A stretch of 64,000 nt of DNA from the NCBI GenBank assembly GCA_965246715.1, contig CBDFFH010000041.1, positions 72,642-136,641 on the forward strand, given 5' to 3'. Below are positions 1-9,418 of this stretch, piece after piece. A program made the position numbers and the translations under genes. The notes beneath the pieces were generated by a model. That model ran no database searches. It was not told where the DNA came from and saw only the letters and a list, made by a program, of their open reading frames with translations. The DNA comes from Chamaesiphon sp. GTDB taxonomy: Bacteria > Cyanobacteriota > Cyanobacteriia > Cyanobacteriales > Chamaesiphonaceae. The number at the start of each line of letters is the position of its first letter. Positions within the stretch are counted from its first letter, which is position 1.

Positions 1-2
1 AT

Positions 3-863
3 ACGATTATTGGCACGAGTCTGAGCGTTTTTGCGCTGTATGCGATTGCACTTGCCACTACGAATAGTTCGATCGATGTAGCGAATGCAGTGCAACTTTT
101 GGGCACTTGGATCGCTTGTTTGTGCGGTAATGTATATATCGTCGGATTGAATCAACTGTATGACATCGAGATCGATCGGATCAATAAACCCGATCTACCT
201 TTAGCTAGTGGGAAGTTTTCAGTTACACAAGGAAAATGGATTATTGGCATTACAGGTATTTTAGCGATCGTGTTATCAGCTCTGTTAGGTAGGTGGTTAT
301 TCGCAACCGTACTGACAAGTTTAGCGATCGGTACGGCTTATTCTGTTCCACCGATTAGGTTCAAACAATTTCCCTTGATGGCGGCTATTTGTATTTTGAC
401 AGTTCGTGGTTGCATCGTCAATTTGGGCATCTTTTCACATTTCAATCGAGTTCTGATTGGTACCGATAACTTACCTTCGAGTATCTGGATTCTCACGCTA
501 TTTATTCTAGTATTTACAATCGCGATCGCAATTTTCAAAGATGTACCCGATCTCGAAGGCGATCGCAAGTATCAAATTCAGACATTTACATTAACATTAG
601 GTAAGCCAGCCGTGTTTAATATCACGCGAGGGGCGATTACTTTGGCTTATATATTAACGATCGGTGCGGGCGTACTCCTGTTACCAACAGTTAATCCTTG
701 GTTCTTTGTGGGGTCGCATACAGCTTTAATGGGATTATTATGGTGGCGCAGTCAAGATATCGATCTCGAAGCGCAACGATCGATCGCTAATTTTTATCAG
801 TTTATTTGGAAGTTATTTTTTCTAGAGTATCTGGTTTTTCCGATCGCCTGTTTCATTAATTAA
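3..863 (+). CDS. hpt: Homogentisate phytyltransferase (UbiA family), 5' end outside the window
   Basis: Frame open from base 3 (TIIGTSLSVFALY...); motifs NQLYDIEIDRINKPDLPLASG and KDVPDLEGD; next to tocopherol cyclase. Confidence 0.93.
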   Translation, partial: TIIGTSLSVFALYAIALATTNSSIDVANAVQLLGTWIACLCGNVYIVGLNQLYDIEIDRINKPDLPLASGKFSVTQGKWIIGITGILAIVLSALLGRWLFATVLTSLAIGTAYSVPPIRFKQFPLMAAICILTVRGCIVNLGIFSHFNRVLIGTDNLPSSIWILTLFILVFTIAIAIFKDVPDLEGDRKYQIQTFTLTLGKPAVFNITRGAITLAYILTIGAGVLLLPTVNPWFFVGSHTALMGLLWWRSQDIDLEAQRSIANFYQFIWKLFFLEYLVFPIACFIN

Positions 864-895
864 GTTTTGTCAAACTAGTACGCGAGGAGCGAGTC

Positions 896-1954
896 TTGCA
901 GACACCGCATAGTGGCTATCATTGGAACGGAACAGATCCAGGATTTTTTGAGGGGTGGTATTTTCGGGTGACGTTGCCGAAAATTCGCGAATCTTTTGCG
1001 TTTATGTATTCAATTGAAGATCCGCTCGGCAAAAATTCACATAGTGGTGGAGCCGCGCAACTATTAGGGATTAGTGAAGAATATCTGTCAGCATCTTTTC
1101 CCGAGCCGAGCAAGTTTTGGGCGACTGGAGACTGTTTAAGCTTAGGACATTGGGGAGAAACCGATTTAGATATTGCCCCACAACAGCTACCAATTGTCGA
1201 ATTCGATCGATCCGTCAAACGTGGCTATCAAGTTGCCGCTACCTTACATCAAGGCGCACTCCCCGAACTAGACTGTCGTTGGTGCTATGATACTGTCCCC
1301 ATCTATGGCTGGGGAAATCCCTACCAACCACAACAGGCTACCGCTGGGTTGTTATCCTTCTTGCCAATCTTTGAACCTGGATGGCAGATTTTGATGGCGC
1401 ATGGTTTGGCGACGGGCTGGATCGAATGGCGCGGCGAGAGATATAACTTTAATAACACACCAGCTTATAGTGAGAAAAACTGGGGACGCTCTTTTCCCGA
1501 GAAGTGGTTTTGGCTAAATTGCAATAGTTTTACAGACACCGTAGGCTTAGCAATTACCGCAGGTGGCGGAAGACGTAAAGTATTGTGGAACACTGAAGAA
1601 GTAGCGATGATTGGCATCCATTATCGCGATCGATTTTATGAATTTGTGCCGTGGAATTCCCAAATCCATTGGCAAATTCAACCCTGGGGAGAATGGCGAA
1701 TGCAAGCCACCAACCCCGACTTTCAAATCGAGCTAACAGGTACCACTGACTTAGCTGGTACGATGGTAAGTACGCCCACAGAAAGCGGCTTGGTCATGTG
1801 TTGTCGCGATACACTCAAAGGTCGATTGTCGATCGAATTATCTACCCGTCGCGGCGATCGAATTATTAAGGCAAGCAGTATTAATGCTGGCTTAGAAATT
1901 GGCGGCGATGGTTGGGATCGAGCTTGGATAAATTCAATGAACAACGAACAGTGA
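896..1954 (+). CDS. Tocopherol cyclase (VTE1 type)
   Basis: QTPHSGYHW..FFEGWYFRV, YSEKNWGRSFP.KWFW motifs; operon with hpt. Confidence 0.93.
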   Translation: MQTPHSGYHWNGTDPGFFEGWYFRVTLPKIRESFAFMYSIEDPLGKNSHSGGAAQLLGISEEYLSASFPEPSKFWATGDCLSLGHWGETDLDIAPQQLPIVEFDRSVKRGYQVAATLHQGALPELDCRWCYDTVPIYGWGNPYQPQQATAGLLSFLPIFEPGWQILMAHGLATGWIEWRGERYNFNNTPAYSEKNWGRSFPEKWFWLNCNSFTDTVGLAITAGGGRRKVLWNTEEVAMIGIHYRDRFYEFVPWNSQIHWQIQPWGEWRMQATNPDFQIELTGTTDLAGTMVSTPTESGLVMCCRDTLKGRLSIELSTRRGDRIIKASSINAGLEIGGDGWDRAWINSMNNEQ

Positions 1955-1971
1955 ACAGCGAACAGTGAATA
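1939..1971 (+). repeat. Heptamer tandem repeat (GAACAGT/GAACAGC-like STRR) across the cyclase stop codon
   Basis: gaacaac gaacagt gaacagc gaacagt gaata. Confidence 0.75.
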
Positions 1972-2000
1972 ATTACTAATTATATTTTGAATAATTTATC

Positions 2001-2243
2001 ATGACAGAATCTACGCCCAACTCTACAACTGAAACTTACGATTTATGGCAATCTAAACCCTGGTGGTGTCAGCCGTGGACGATTATTCTAACTGGCATAA
2101 TCATCATCGCTAGTAATTGGTCGATCTTTCACACGATCTGGTTGACTATAGTTGTGGCTGTGGCGATCGTCGTCTGGTGGACTTATTTTCTGATTATCGT
2201 TCCACATCTATTAAAGGAGCAATCGAGTCGATCGATCGGCTAA
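2001..2243 (+). CDS. Small membrane protein (DUF6737-like)
   Basis: WQSKPWWCQPWTIILTG followed by two hydrophobic segments. Confidence 0.75.
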   Translation: MTESTPNSTTETYDLWQSKPWWCQPWTIILTGIIIIASNWSIFHTIWLTIVVAVAIVVWWTYFLIIVPHLLKEQSSRSIG

Positions 2244-2280
2244 CATCGGTAAAATATTTTTTGATGTTTGATAAAAATTA

Positions 2281-2377
2281 ATGGATTATAATATTCATCC
2301 TCTCAAGCGATTGTTATCTTATGGAAAACAATATCGCGGACAAACTTGGCAAGCAATAATCTGGTCGATCTTCAATA
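2281..2377 (+). pseudogene. N-terminal fragment of an ABC exporter (fused TMD-NBD)
   Basis: MDYNIHPLKRLLSYGKQYRGQTWQAIIWSIFN resembles the start of cyanobacterial MsbA-like exporters, then breaks; matching C-terminal half at 13700-14622 (-). Confidence 0.7.
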
Positions 2378-2379
2378 TA

Positions 2380-3721
2380 CGAGTCCGAACACCAAAGGGA
2401 GAGCTGATTATTTGCTGCCAGAAGCTTGCTCTAGCAGTGACTCTCGATCGAGTCTCGGTATTTCACTTAGCAGCTCTAACCGATCGGGCGGAACTTTTTG
2501 TAAAATTTGTTGCTTTAGATCGAGCGGTGTCAGTGGATTTGCGGCAACTGCCAGATCGAGCTTGAGATAATTATGTTTGGGCAATCTTTCTAAGATTGTT
2601 GCTGACACATTAGGATGATGAGCGATGGAGATCCAACACGAGATACCTTGATGATAAATATCTTTTTTGATGCGTACATCTTTTGGATCTGTTCGAGGAA
2701 ACTCATCGTCAGTTAATAACTCAAGATCGTCAGTAGATGTTTCATCCTCAAATAAATCTTCCTCCTCAAACAAATATCTATTCTGAGAGTCATTAGGACA
2801 TTCAAAATCCCACTTACTATAGTAATCTAATATAGATTCTGGTGTGTTCGATTGCCCGATTAAGTAATGTGCTATATCTCTAAAATTTGAGCAATTATCC
2901 CTGGTAGCAATTGCCAAAGCGAATATTTGTTGTAAAATTTCTACAGCTAGATTTTCTCGACGCAAGATAGCTCGTTCGTCATAATCTAACAGTCTCAGTA
3001 AAATTGTGGTATCTGCATTCGGATGTTTTGCGAGTGCGTCTCGAACCTCTGTTTCCTTATTCTCCAGCAAGTTTGCTAAACCAGTATCAGACGTGCTGGG
3101 ATTCTTAGCAACTGCAAGTTGAATTTTGTAAACGCGATCGAGTGCCAATTCGTTCAAGGTTTCTGGGCTAGCCGATGGATTTTGGGCTACCTGCAACCGA
3201 ATCCAATCCCACTTACTTTTGCCCAATGATGCTAATTATGCTGGATCTGTTTCCCAATTACTGGCGATCGATTGTTGCAGATCGATCGATTCCATCGCTG
3301 CTGACGGACAATTATGATTGTGCTGGGTTGCCAATCTGACAGCTAACTCTATATCTCCTAACAAATTTTCTAGTACCGCACCAGGAGTATCTAGAGACTC
3401 TGCTACCTGTAAACGTGGCTCTAAACTGTCTTCCTGAGCCAAACGCGCGAGAAACTTAATTCGATCGCGGCGCAATAAATGGGGACTTTTTAATGCTTCC
3501 ATGAGATGACTCGCGGGTACCCATTCGCTCAAAAATTCCGGTGGTACCGTACCGAGTTTGAGTAATTCTACTGCAAGGCGATCGTTTTGTCCCAGTTGCG
3601 CCGTGTGGAAGATAGCATCGATTTCTTCCCGTCCGTCGGTGGTGAGTTCTCCTACATAATTGACATGGAGCTTGGCAACTGCGGCGATTTCTGGCTCGGC
3701 TCGATCGACTAATAGCAGCAA
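2380..3721 (-). pseudogene. HEAT/LRV-repeat protein, fragment 1
   Basis: ORFs 3236-3721 and 2408-3226 share a frame and are separated by one TAA (DPA*LASLGKSKW); repeats VAQNPSASPETL, VAKNPSTS, AANPLTP; no proper 5' end. Confidence 0.8.
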
Positions 3722-3781
3722 AGTTATCTGAATAAAATTCTTAGAGCGTTCGACTTGCGAACAGCTATTAATGCTGATAAA

Positions 3782-3813
3782 AATGGGTCGCTCCTAGCTA
3801 GGAGCGACCCATT
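3782..3813 (-). terminator. Terminator hairpin after the DUF1257 gene
   Basis: Perfect palindrome aatgggtcgctcctag-ctaggagcgacccatt with T-run on the minus strand. Confidence 0.8.
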
Positions 3814-3838
3814 CTTTTGATAACGCGCAGACTGGTTA

Positions 3839-4192
3839 CTATTGGAGAACCAATGTAACGTTGGCATTTTGAAGACCACCGCGTTGTTGAACTTCGGATA
3901 AAGTCTTGTTGACTGCGTATTTTTGGTTGATCGAGTTAATTAACTCGGTTTGGTTGTGCTTTTTAGCAACGCCCCAGAGGTCAGCGATAAGGTCGAAAGA
4001 ACCATCGCTATTGCGAGACCAACCTAAATCGTAATCGCCTTCTAAGATAGCTACAATGTCGGCACGTACGCGCTGACCTTGATAGCCACGAAGATCGGTT
4101 TCAGTTTTTACGTTGATACCGAGGTCGCGCAGAGAAGTTTTGAGAGTTTCTGCGTCGGTGATTTTGGTACGGAGAGTGCTGAAGTGAGACAT
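3839..4192 (-). CDS. ycf35: DUF1257 (Ycf35) protein
   Basis: MSHFSTLRTKITD...YDLGWSRNSDGSFDLIADLWGV; GGAGG RBS upstream of ATG 4192. Confidence 0.88.
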   Translation of the reverse strand: MSHFSTLRTKITDAETLKTSLRDLGINVKTETDLRGYQGQRVRADIVAILEGDYDLGWSRNSDGSFDLIADLWGVAKKHNQTELINSINQKYAVNKTLSEVQQRGGLQNANVTLVLQ

Positions 4193-4364
4193 ATCGATTT
4201 CCTCCAATAAATATTGAGCTAAGAGAAACGACAACTTGAACTATTCGGGCACGCAATCTTGTTGTAAACTAGATTGTGTTCGGTCTCCTCGCTAGTGTCG
4301 ATAGGTTTATTATTCCCCGATCGGACTTTCTAGCACCTTGACTCCGTTGGGCGGAGCAAGCTTT

Positions 4365-5873
4365 TTAAAACTCCAGTCGATGGTATTCCGCGACTGAGGC
4401 AGCGGCGGGACGCGCTCGCTGTCTTGCCCAATCTCGCAGAGCAGTTACCTGCTCTGTCATTGTCCGCGAGAGGGGCAGAGTAGCTTTAATGGCGGCGATG
4501 ATATCCAGTTGGGTAAATTCCCGATCCTGGGCGAAAGCATCATACATTGCCGCGATTAGAGCTTGTTCTATTTCAGCTCCCGAGAAACCATCGGCAACTT
4601 TTGACAGTTGCTCTAGGTCGAAGCGATCTAAATCTCGGTGACGCTTACTCAAGTGAATTTTAAATACAGCTTCGCGCTCGGACTGAGTAGGTAAGTCTAC
4701 GAAGAAGATTTCATCAAATCGTCCTTTGCGTAAGAATTCCCCTGGTAGTCGTTCGACGCGGTTGGCTGTCGCCATCACGAAGATGGGTGAGGTTTTTTCC
4801 TGCATCCAAGTCAGAAAGGAACCAAATATCCGGCTGGACGTACCGCCATCGGAATCAGCTGAACCCGATGTTCCGGCAAACGCTTTATCGAGTTCGTCGA
4901 TAAATAAGATTGCTGGCGAGATCGACTCGGCAGTTTTGAGCGCGCCACGGAGGTTTGCTTCAGAGCGCCCGACCATCGAACCGTCGTATACCCGACCCAT
5001 GTCCAAACGGAGTAAGGGTAAACCCCAGAGTCTGGATGTGGTTTTGGCAATAAGCGACTTCCCACAACCAGGTACTCCCAAAATGAGCATCCCTTTGGGT
5101 TGTGGCAGTCCGTAGCCGCGCGCCCGTTCGGAGAAGGCTCCAGAACGTTGAACCAACCATCCCTTAAGTTCTTCCAAACCGCCGACAGAATCGATTGTTT
5201 CATCTTCTTCGATGAACTCTAGAATTCCGTTCCGGCGAATTAGTTGCTTTTTCTCAGATAGTACGATGTCAACTTCGGCTTCGGTAATTTTGCCGCGTTT
5301 GACATAGGCTTTCCGATAGACTTTCTCAGCCTCATCTTTGGTCAAACCCAATGAAGCTTTGAGGAGTTTTTCACGCCCTTCGGCCGAGAGCCGATTTTGA
5401 CGAGTACGGTCTAGTTGCTGCGTTAGCACTCGATCGAGTGAGGCTAAATCGGGTAATGCAAAATCTAGGACTACTACTTCCTTCTCCAGTTCGATCGGAA
5501 TCTGCTGAATCGGTGACATCAGAATGATTACTTTCTGCGTTCCTTGGAAGCTAGTAATGGCATCGCGGATCCATCTCGTCACCGCTGCGGAATCTTTGAA
5601 CGGGTGTAAGTCCTTGAACACAAAGATCGCTGGATCTTTTTGTCGGGTCGTCCACTCGATCGCCGCCTCCGGCGAGATAGTATTGTGTTGAGTAGTGCGG
5701 GCTTGGCCGTACTCCACCATCCCATGAGTCAGCGTCCACACGTACATTTTGCGTGGGCTGTGCTTCATCTGCGAGATCGTGGCGATCTCTTTTTCGGCGC
5801 GATCTTCCTCGGCAGTGACGAGATAGATGAGGGGATATTGAGCTTGGATTAGAATATTTAGCTCTTCTTGCAT
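4365..5873 (-). CDS. ycf46: AAA+ ATPase, Ycf46 family
   Basis: Walker A GVPGCGKS, Walker B ILFIDE, RKGRFDEIFFVDLP; upstream of ycf35. Confidence 0.88.
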   Translation of the reverse strand: MQEELNILIQAQYPLIYLVTAEEDRAEKEIATISQMKHSPRKMYVWTLTHGMVEYGQARTTQHNTISPEAAIEWTTRQKDPAIFVFKDLHPFKDSAAVTRWIRDAITSFQGTQKVIILMSPIQQIPIELEKEVVVLDFALPDLASLDRVLTQQLDRTRQNRLSAEGREKLLKASLGLTKDEAEKVYRKAYVKRGKITEAEVDIVLSEKKQLIRRNGILEFIEEDETIDSVGGLEELKGWLVQRSGAFSERARGYGLPQPKGMLILGVPGCGKSLIAKTTSRLWGLPLLRLDMGRVYDGSMVGRSEANLRGALKTAESISPAILFIDELDKAFAGTSGSADSDGGTSSRIFGSFLTWMQEKTSPIFVMATANRVERLPGEFLRKGRFDEIFFVDLPTQSEREAVFKIHLSKRHRDLDRFDLEQLSKVADGFSGAEIEQALIAAMYDAFAQDREFTQLDIIAAIKATLPLSRTMTEQVTALRDWARQRARPAAASVAEYHRLEF

Positions 5874-5946
5874 GACTATCTATGCCTCAAAAGATGATGA
5901 CTACGCCAGCCTCAATTTCCTACCACGATCGTAGTCAAGAGAGTCA

Positions 5947-6297
5947 TTACCCGGCAGCTACTGCTAGATCTTGCTGCGGTTGAGCGCGGTCGCAAGCTGC
6001 CGCTTCCTCCGCTCGTAAATTTGAAAGATCTTCAGTGAGTATCCCTGGTTGTTGGCCGAGAGCTACCATCTCGCCATCTCTGATTACGACCGGATGTTCG
6101 CACTCAGGACAGTTATAGATTTGATGAGTCGAACCATGCAACTCGATGCCATCTACCACATCAGAATGAGTGAGGTAAAAGTCCACAGCTTTCTCTACGA
6201 TGTTAGACATCGATTCAGCATCTACTGCCGAACGGATCTTCAACTGACGATGTAGCTGTGGGGGCAGGTACAAGGTGACCTTTTGCTTGTCTTCCAT
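5947..6297 (-). CDS. Ribbon-helix-helix (CopG-like) regulator with CPEC motif
   Basis: KQKVTLYLPPQLHRQLKIRSAVDAESMSNIVEKAV; YNCPEC. Confidence 0.8.
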   Translation of the reverse strand: MEDKQKVTLYLPPQLHRQLKIRSAVDAESMSNIVEKAVDFYLTHSDVVDGIELHGSTHQIYNCPECEHPVVIRDGEMVALGQQPGILTEDLSNLRAEEAAACDRAQPQQDLAVAAG

Positions 6298-6331
6298 ACG
6301 ATTCTCAACTGCTTTACCCGGGTATAAAAGT

Positions 6332-6360
6332 AATCTAACGTATCGAGATCGGACTGTCAA
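6332..6360 (-). promoter_or_regulatory. Sigma70-type promoter of the RHH-ycf46-ycf35 operon
   Basis: Minus strand TTGACA-N17-TAGATT. Confidence 0.7.
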
Positions 6361-6479
6361 GCTGGTAAAACATTTTAACGTCATATCTTAACTTTTGTTT
6401 ACATTAATAGAGAGATTAGTAAAAATGTTGAACTGATAAGGTGGATCTTTTGGGGCTGTGTCTAAAATTAATTGCTAAT

Positions 6480-6902
6480 CTATTCAGTCATTTTTCGGAT
6501 AAATTCCAAGGGTAGATTGTCAGGATCGGCGATGAAGGTGACTTCATAGACTGTTTCGCCGATCGATTGTTGGGCAGGGGCGAGTAAGATTTTTGGAGTA
6601 GATTGAGTAGCTGCTTGGAGTCGGTCGGACAAAGCACCCAACCAGTCGGTGAGATTTGTAGTCGCTGCTGTCAGATCGAAGGAAAGATGATAGTAACCAA
6701 CATAATGCTCGTCATTAAAAGCATCTGGAGCTGGCTTGGGTTCGGGAATTTGGATTAACTCGATCCTGCCGAGCGCGCCCTCCATCCAGCAAGCCAGAGT
6801 ATAACCAGTAGTAAATCTTTCGCTCACATCAAATCCCAGGCATTCATAAAATGCGATCGATCGATGAATATTAGCAGTCCGAATCGAAGCATGGTGAAAC
6901 AT
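6480..6902 (-). CDS. VOC/glyoxalase family protein
   Basis: HHASIRTANIHRSIAFY, GYYHLSF, FIADPDNLPLEF. Confidence 0.88.
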   Translation of the reverse strand: MFHHASIRTANIHRSIAFYECLGFDVSERFTTGYTLACWMEGALGRIELIQIPEPKPAPDAFNDEHYVGYYHLSFDLTAATTNLTDWLGALSDRLQAATQSTPKILLAPAQQSIGETVYEVTFIADPDNLPLEFIRKMTE

Positions 6903-6996
6903 AATCTAGGGGATAGGGGATAGGGAATTAATGACTAGTGCCGATCGCCCAAATCGCCGATAATACCTGGATATCGATCGAAGGGTGTGAGAGACA

Positions 6997-8277
6997 ATGT
7001 ATAAGATAACTAATTTTCGGCGGTTTCTAATTTGTGGATTGTTGGGACTGATTTTAACCGGGGTGGTAAGTTGCCTAAAATCGCCGAGTGCGAGTAGTCC
7101 ACAGTTAGAATTTTGGACGATGCAACTTCAGCCTAAGTTTAATGACTATTTTAAAGATGCGATCGCTAAATTTGAAGCAACTAATCCCGGTACGAAAGTT
7201 CATTGGGTAGATGTACCTTGGAGTGCGATGCAGGGCAAGATTCAAGCCTCAATGGCGGCCAAAACCGCTCCCGATGTCGTCAATCTCAATCCAGATTTTG
7301 CTATCCAACTGGCAACTAAAAATGCTTGGCTGGATTTAGATACAGCTTTAACTAAAGGTGAAAATAAGGAATATCTCCCACGGATCTGGCAAGCTGGCAC
7401 CCTCAATGGCAAGGCATTTAGTTTTCCCTGGTATTTGACTACCAATGTCACGATCTTCAATCAAGAGCTGCTAACCAAGGCGGGTATTGCCAAACCGCCA
7501 GCAACTTATCAAGAATTAGCCCAAGCTGCCAAACAAATTAAAGACAAAACTGGCAAATATGCCTTCTTTACTACTTTCGTCGCCGAAGATAGTAACGACG
7601 TGCTCGAATCCTTCGTCCAAATGGGTGTTGAATTAGTAAATAAAGATGGCAAAGCTGCATTTAATACACCGGCTGGAAAAGCAGCTTTTCAATATTGGGT
7701 GGATCTCTACAAACAAGGTTTATTGCCCAAGGAAAGCCTAACACAGGGTCACAAACAAGGAATTCAACTGTATCAATCTGGCGAGACAGCGATGCTGTTT
7801 GCTGGGGCACCATTTATCGATACGATCGCCAAAAATGCCCCACAAATTGCTAAAGTATCAGCCGTCGCGCCCCAAATTACCGGACAAACTGGTAAAAAAG
7901 GCGTAGCCGTGATGAATCTCGTGATTCCCCGCACCACAAATAAACCAGAAGCTGCGGTTAAATTTGCGTTATTTGTGACTAATGCAACGAATCAACTCGC
8001 TTTTGCCCAAGCTTCAGATACCTTACCTTCAAACGATCGAGCCATTACCGACTATAAAGCTAAATTGGGCGGTAGTGCGGACAAATCTGCGCTAGCACAA
8101 GGAAAACTCATTAGTGCGGAACAACTATCACAATCCGATGTGTTGATTCCGCCATTGAAAAATATCAACGTGCTGAAAAAAGCCATCTATGAAAATCTCC
8201 AAGCAGCAATGAGCGGCGAAAAAACTGTCGAGCAAGCCGTAACTTTAGCAGCTAGTACTTGGGATGCAGCGAAGTAA
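6997..8277 (+). CDS. Sugar ABC transporter substrate-binding lipoprotein
   Basis: Lipobox VVSC; LEFWTMQL, APDVVNLNP, SBP family 1 pattern. Confidence 0.88.
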   Translation: MYKITNFRRFLICGLLGLILTGVVSCLKSPSASSPQLEFWTMQLQPKFNDYFKDAIAKFEATNPGTKVHWVDVPWSAMQGKIQASMAAKTAPDVVNLNPDFAIQLATKNAWLDLDTALTKGENKEYLPRIWQAGTLNGKAFSFPWYLTTNVTIFNQELLTKAGIAKPPATYQELAQAAKQIKDKTGKYAFFTTFVAEDSNDVLESFVQMGVELVNKDGKAAFNTPAGKAAFQYWVDLYKQGLLPKESLTQGHKQGIQLYQSGETAMLFAGAPFIDTIAKNAPQIAKVSAVAPQITGQTGKKGVAVMNLVIPRTTNKPEAAVKFALFVTNATNQLAFAQASDTLPSNDRAITDYKAKLGGSADKSALAQGKLISAEQLSQSDVLIPPLKNINVLKKAIYENLQAAMSGEKTVEQAVTLAASTWDAAK

Positions 8278-8346
8278 TCGTCATCGATTATGATTGACAT
8301 GACTAGAAAAATTCATCACTCGATCGCGACTAGATTAAGCTAAATT

Positions 8347-8946
8347 ATGTCAAGCTCCAGAACTGATTGGTTCCCTACTCCCATTTGGCATTTCTCAATC
8401 GATAATTATCAGCAATTAAACACCGTTCTGTTGGCAGAAATCGATCGCGAGCAGCAGCGCGATTGTCGAGGCGAGCAGTTGTCAAATATTCTAGGATGGC
8501 ACAGTGCGAGTAATTTGCACAAACTCGATATCTTCGCTGAATTGACACATATAATCGATCGCAATGTAATCGAAGTAGCAACATTTCTGCGCTGGGATTT
8601 ACAGAGAATTTCTACTAATATCACTACTTGCTGGGCGATGGTGAATGGTAAGTATGCTTCAAATGCTCTGCACAATCATCCCAACTCGGTCTTGAGTGGG
8701 GTTTATTATCTCAAAACACCTGAAAATTGTGGAGTTTTGAGTTTTAGCGATCCGCGCTCGGCTGCACAGATGTTAAATCCGCCAATAGTGGAGTTTAACT
8801 TATGGACTCTACCGAAAATCAGCTATAAGCCCGAAGCCGGGATGATGTTATTGTTTCCCAGTTGGCTCCTACATGGCGTGGAAACTAACATGAGTGAAGA
8901 TACCCGCATCAGCGTAAGTTTTAATATTGGGATGTTAGCGAAGTAA
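8347..8946 (+). CDS. TIGR02466-like 2OG-Fe(II) oxygenase
   Basis: WFPTP start, HNHPNSVLSGVYY, LFPSWLLHGV, RISVSFN. Confidence 0.85.
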   Translation: MSSSRTDWFPTPIWHFSIDNYQQLNTVLLAEIDREQQRDCRGEQLSNILGWHSASNLHKLDIFAELTHIIDRNVIEVATFLRWDLQRISTNITTCWAMVNGKYASNALHNHPNSVLSGVYYLKTPENCGVLSFSDPRSAAQMLNPPIVEFNLWTLPKISYKPEAGMMLLFPSWLLHGVETNMSEDTRISVSFNIGMLAK

Positions 8947-8973
8947 GTAGTGCATTACAAAAACAACTTTATT

Positions 8974-9005
8974 AGATCGTCACGCTGATGTGACGATCTT
9001 TTTTT
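8974..9005 (+). terminator. Rho-independent terminator
   Basis: agatcgtcac-gctgat-gtgacgatct followed by a T-run. Confidence 0.8.
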
Positions 9006-9183
9006 ACGCATAAACACTAATATTGACTTGAGTATAGTAGCGATATTTACGTATTGCTAATACGTTTAGCTTGCACTTAGGATAAATTCGATTGTGAATT
9101 TAGTTGCTCGATCGAGTATTGCCATTCAATACCAACTAATATTTCGTTCTTACACGCTATAACTCACACATTCGCTAGCGGAA

Positions 9184-9227
9184 ATTAACCTTAGATTAAT
9201 AGTCACATAACCTAACGATCGTACAAT
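9184..9227 (+). promoter_or_regulatory. Pho box (SphR/PhoB site) with -10 element
   Basis: ATTAACCT-N3-ATTAATAG-N3-CATAACCT (11-bp period), then TACAAT at 9222-9227. Confidence 0.7.
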
Positions 9228-9418
9228 CTGCTATTGGCTAGAATTTTTCAACTTTGTAAATTTCTGTTGAATAAAAAATATTTATAGTTTTGCCCTACAA
9301 ATGTGGGAACGCTTACTTTAATTATTGCAATTCTCAAAGAGTTGTGACTTCACTGGTTTTTTAGAACCGTTGCTAATTTCTCGATCGAAGAATCTTTATC
9401 TATTAAAAGTCAAGACTT

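Noticed and set aside
2281..2565. 94-aa ORF as a real protein
   Set aside because: Chimera of the exporter start and antisense HEAT-gene sequence across the breakpoint
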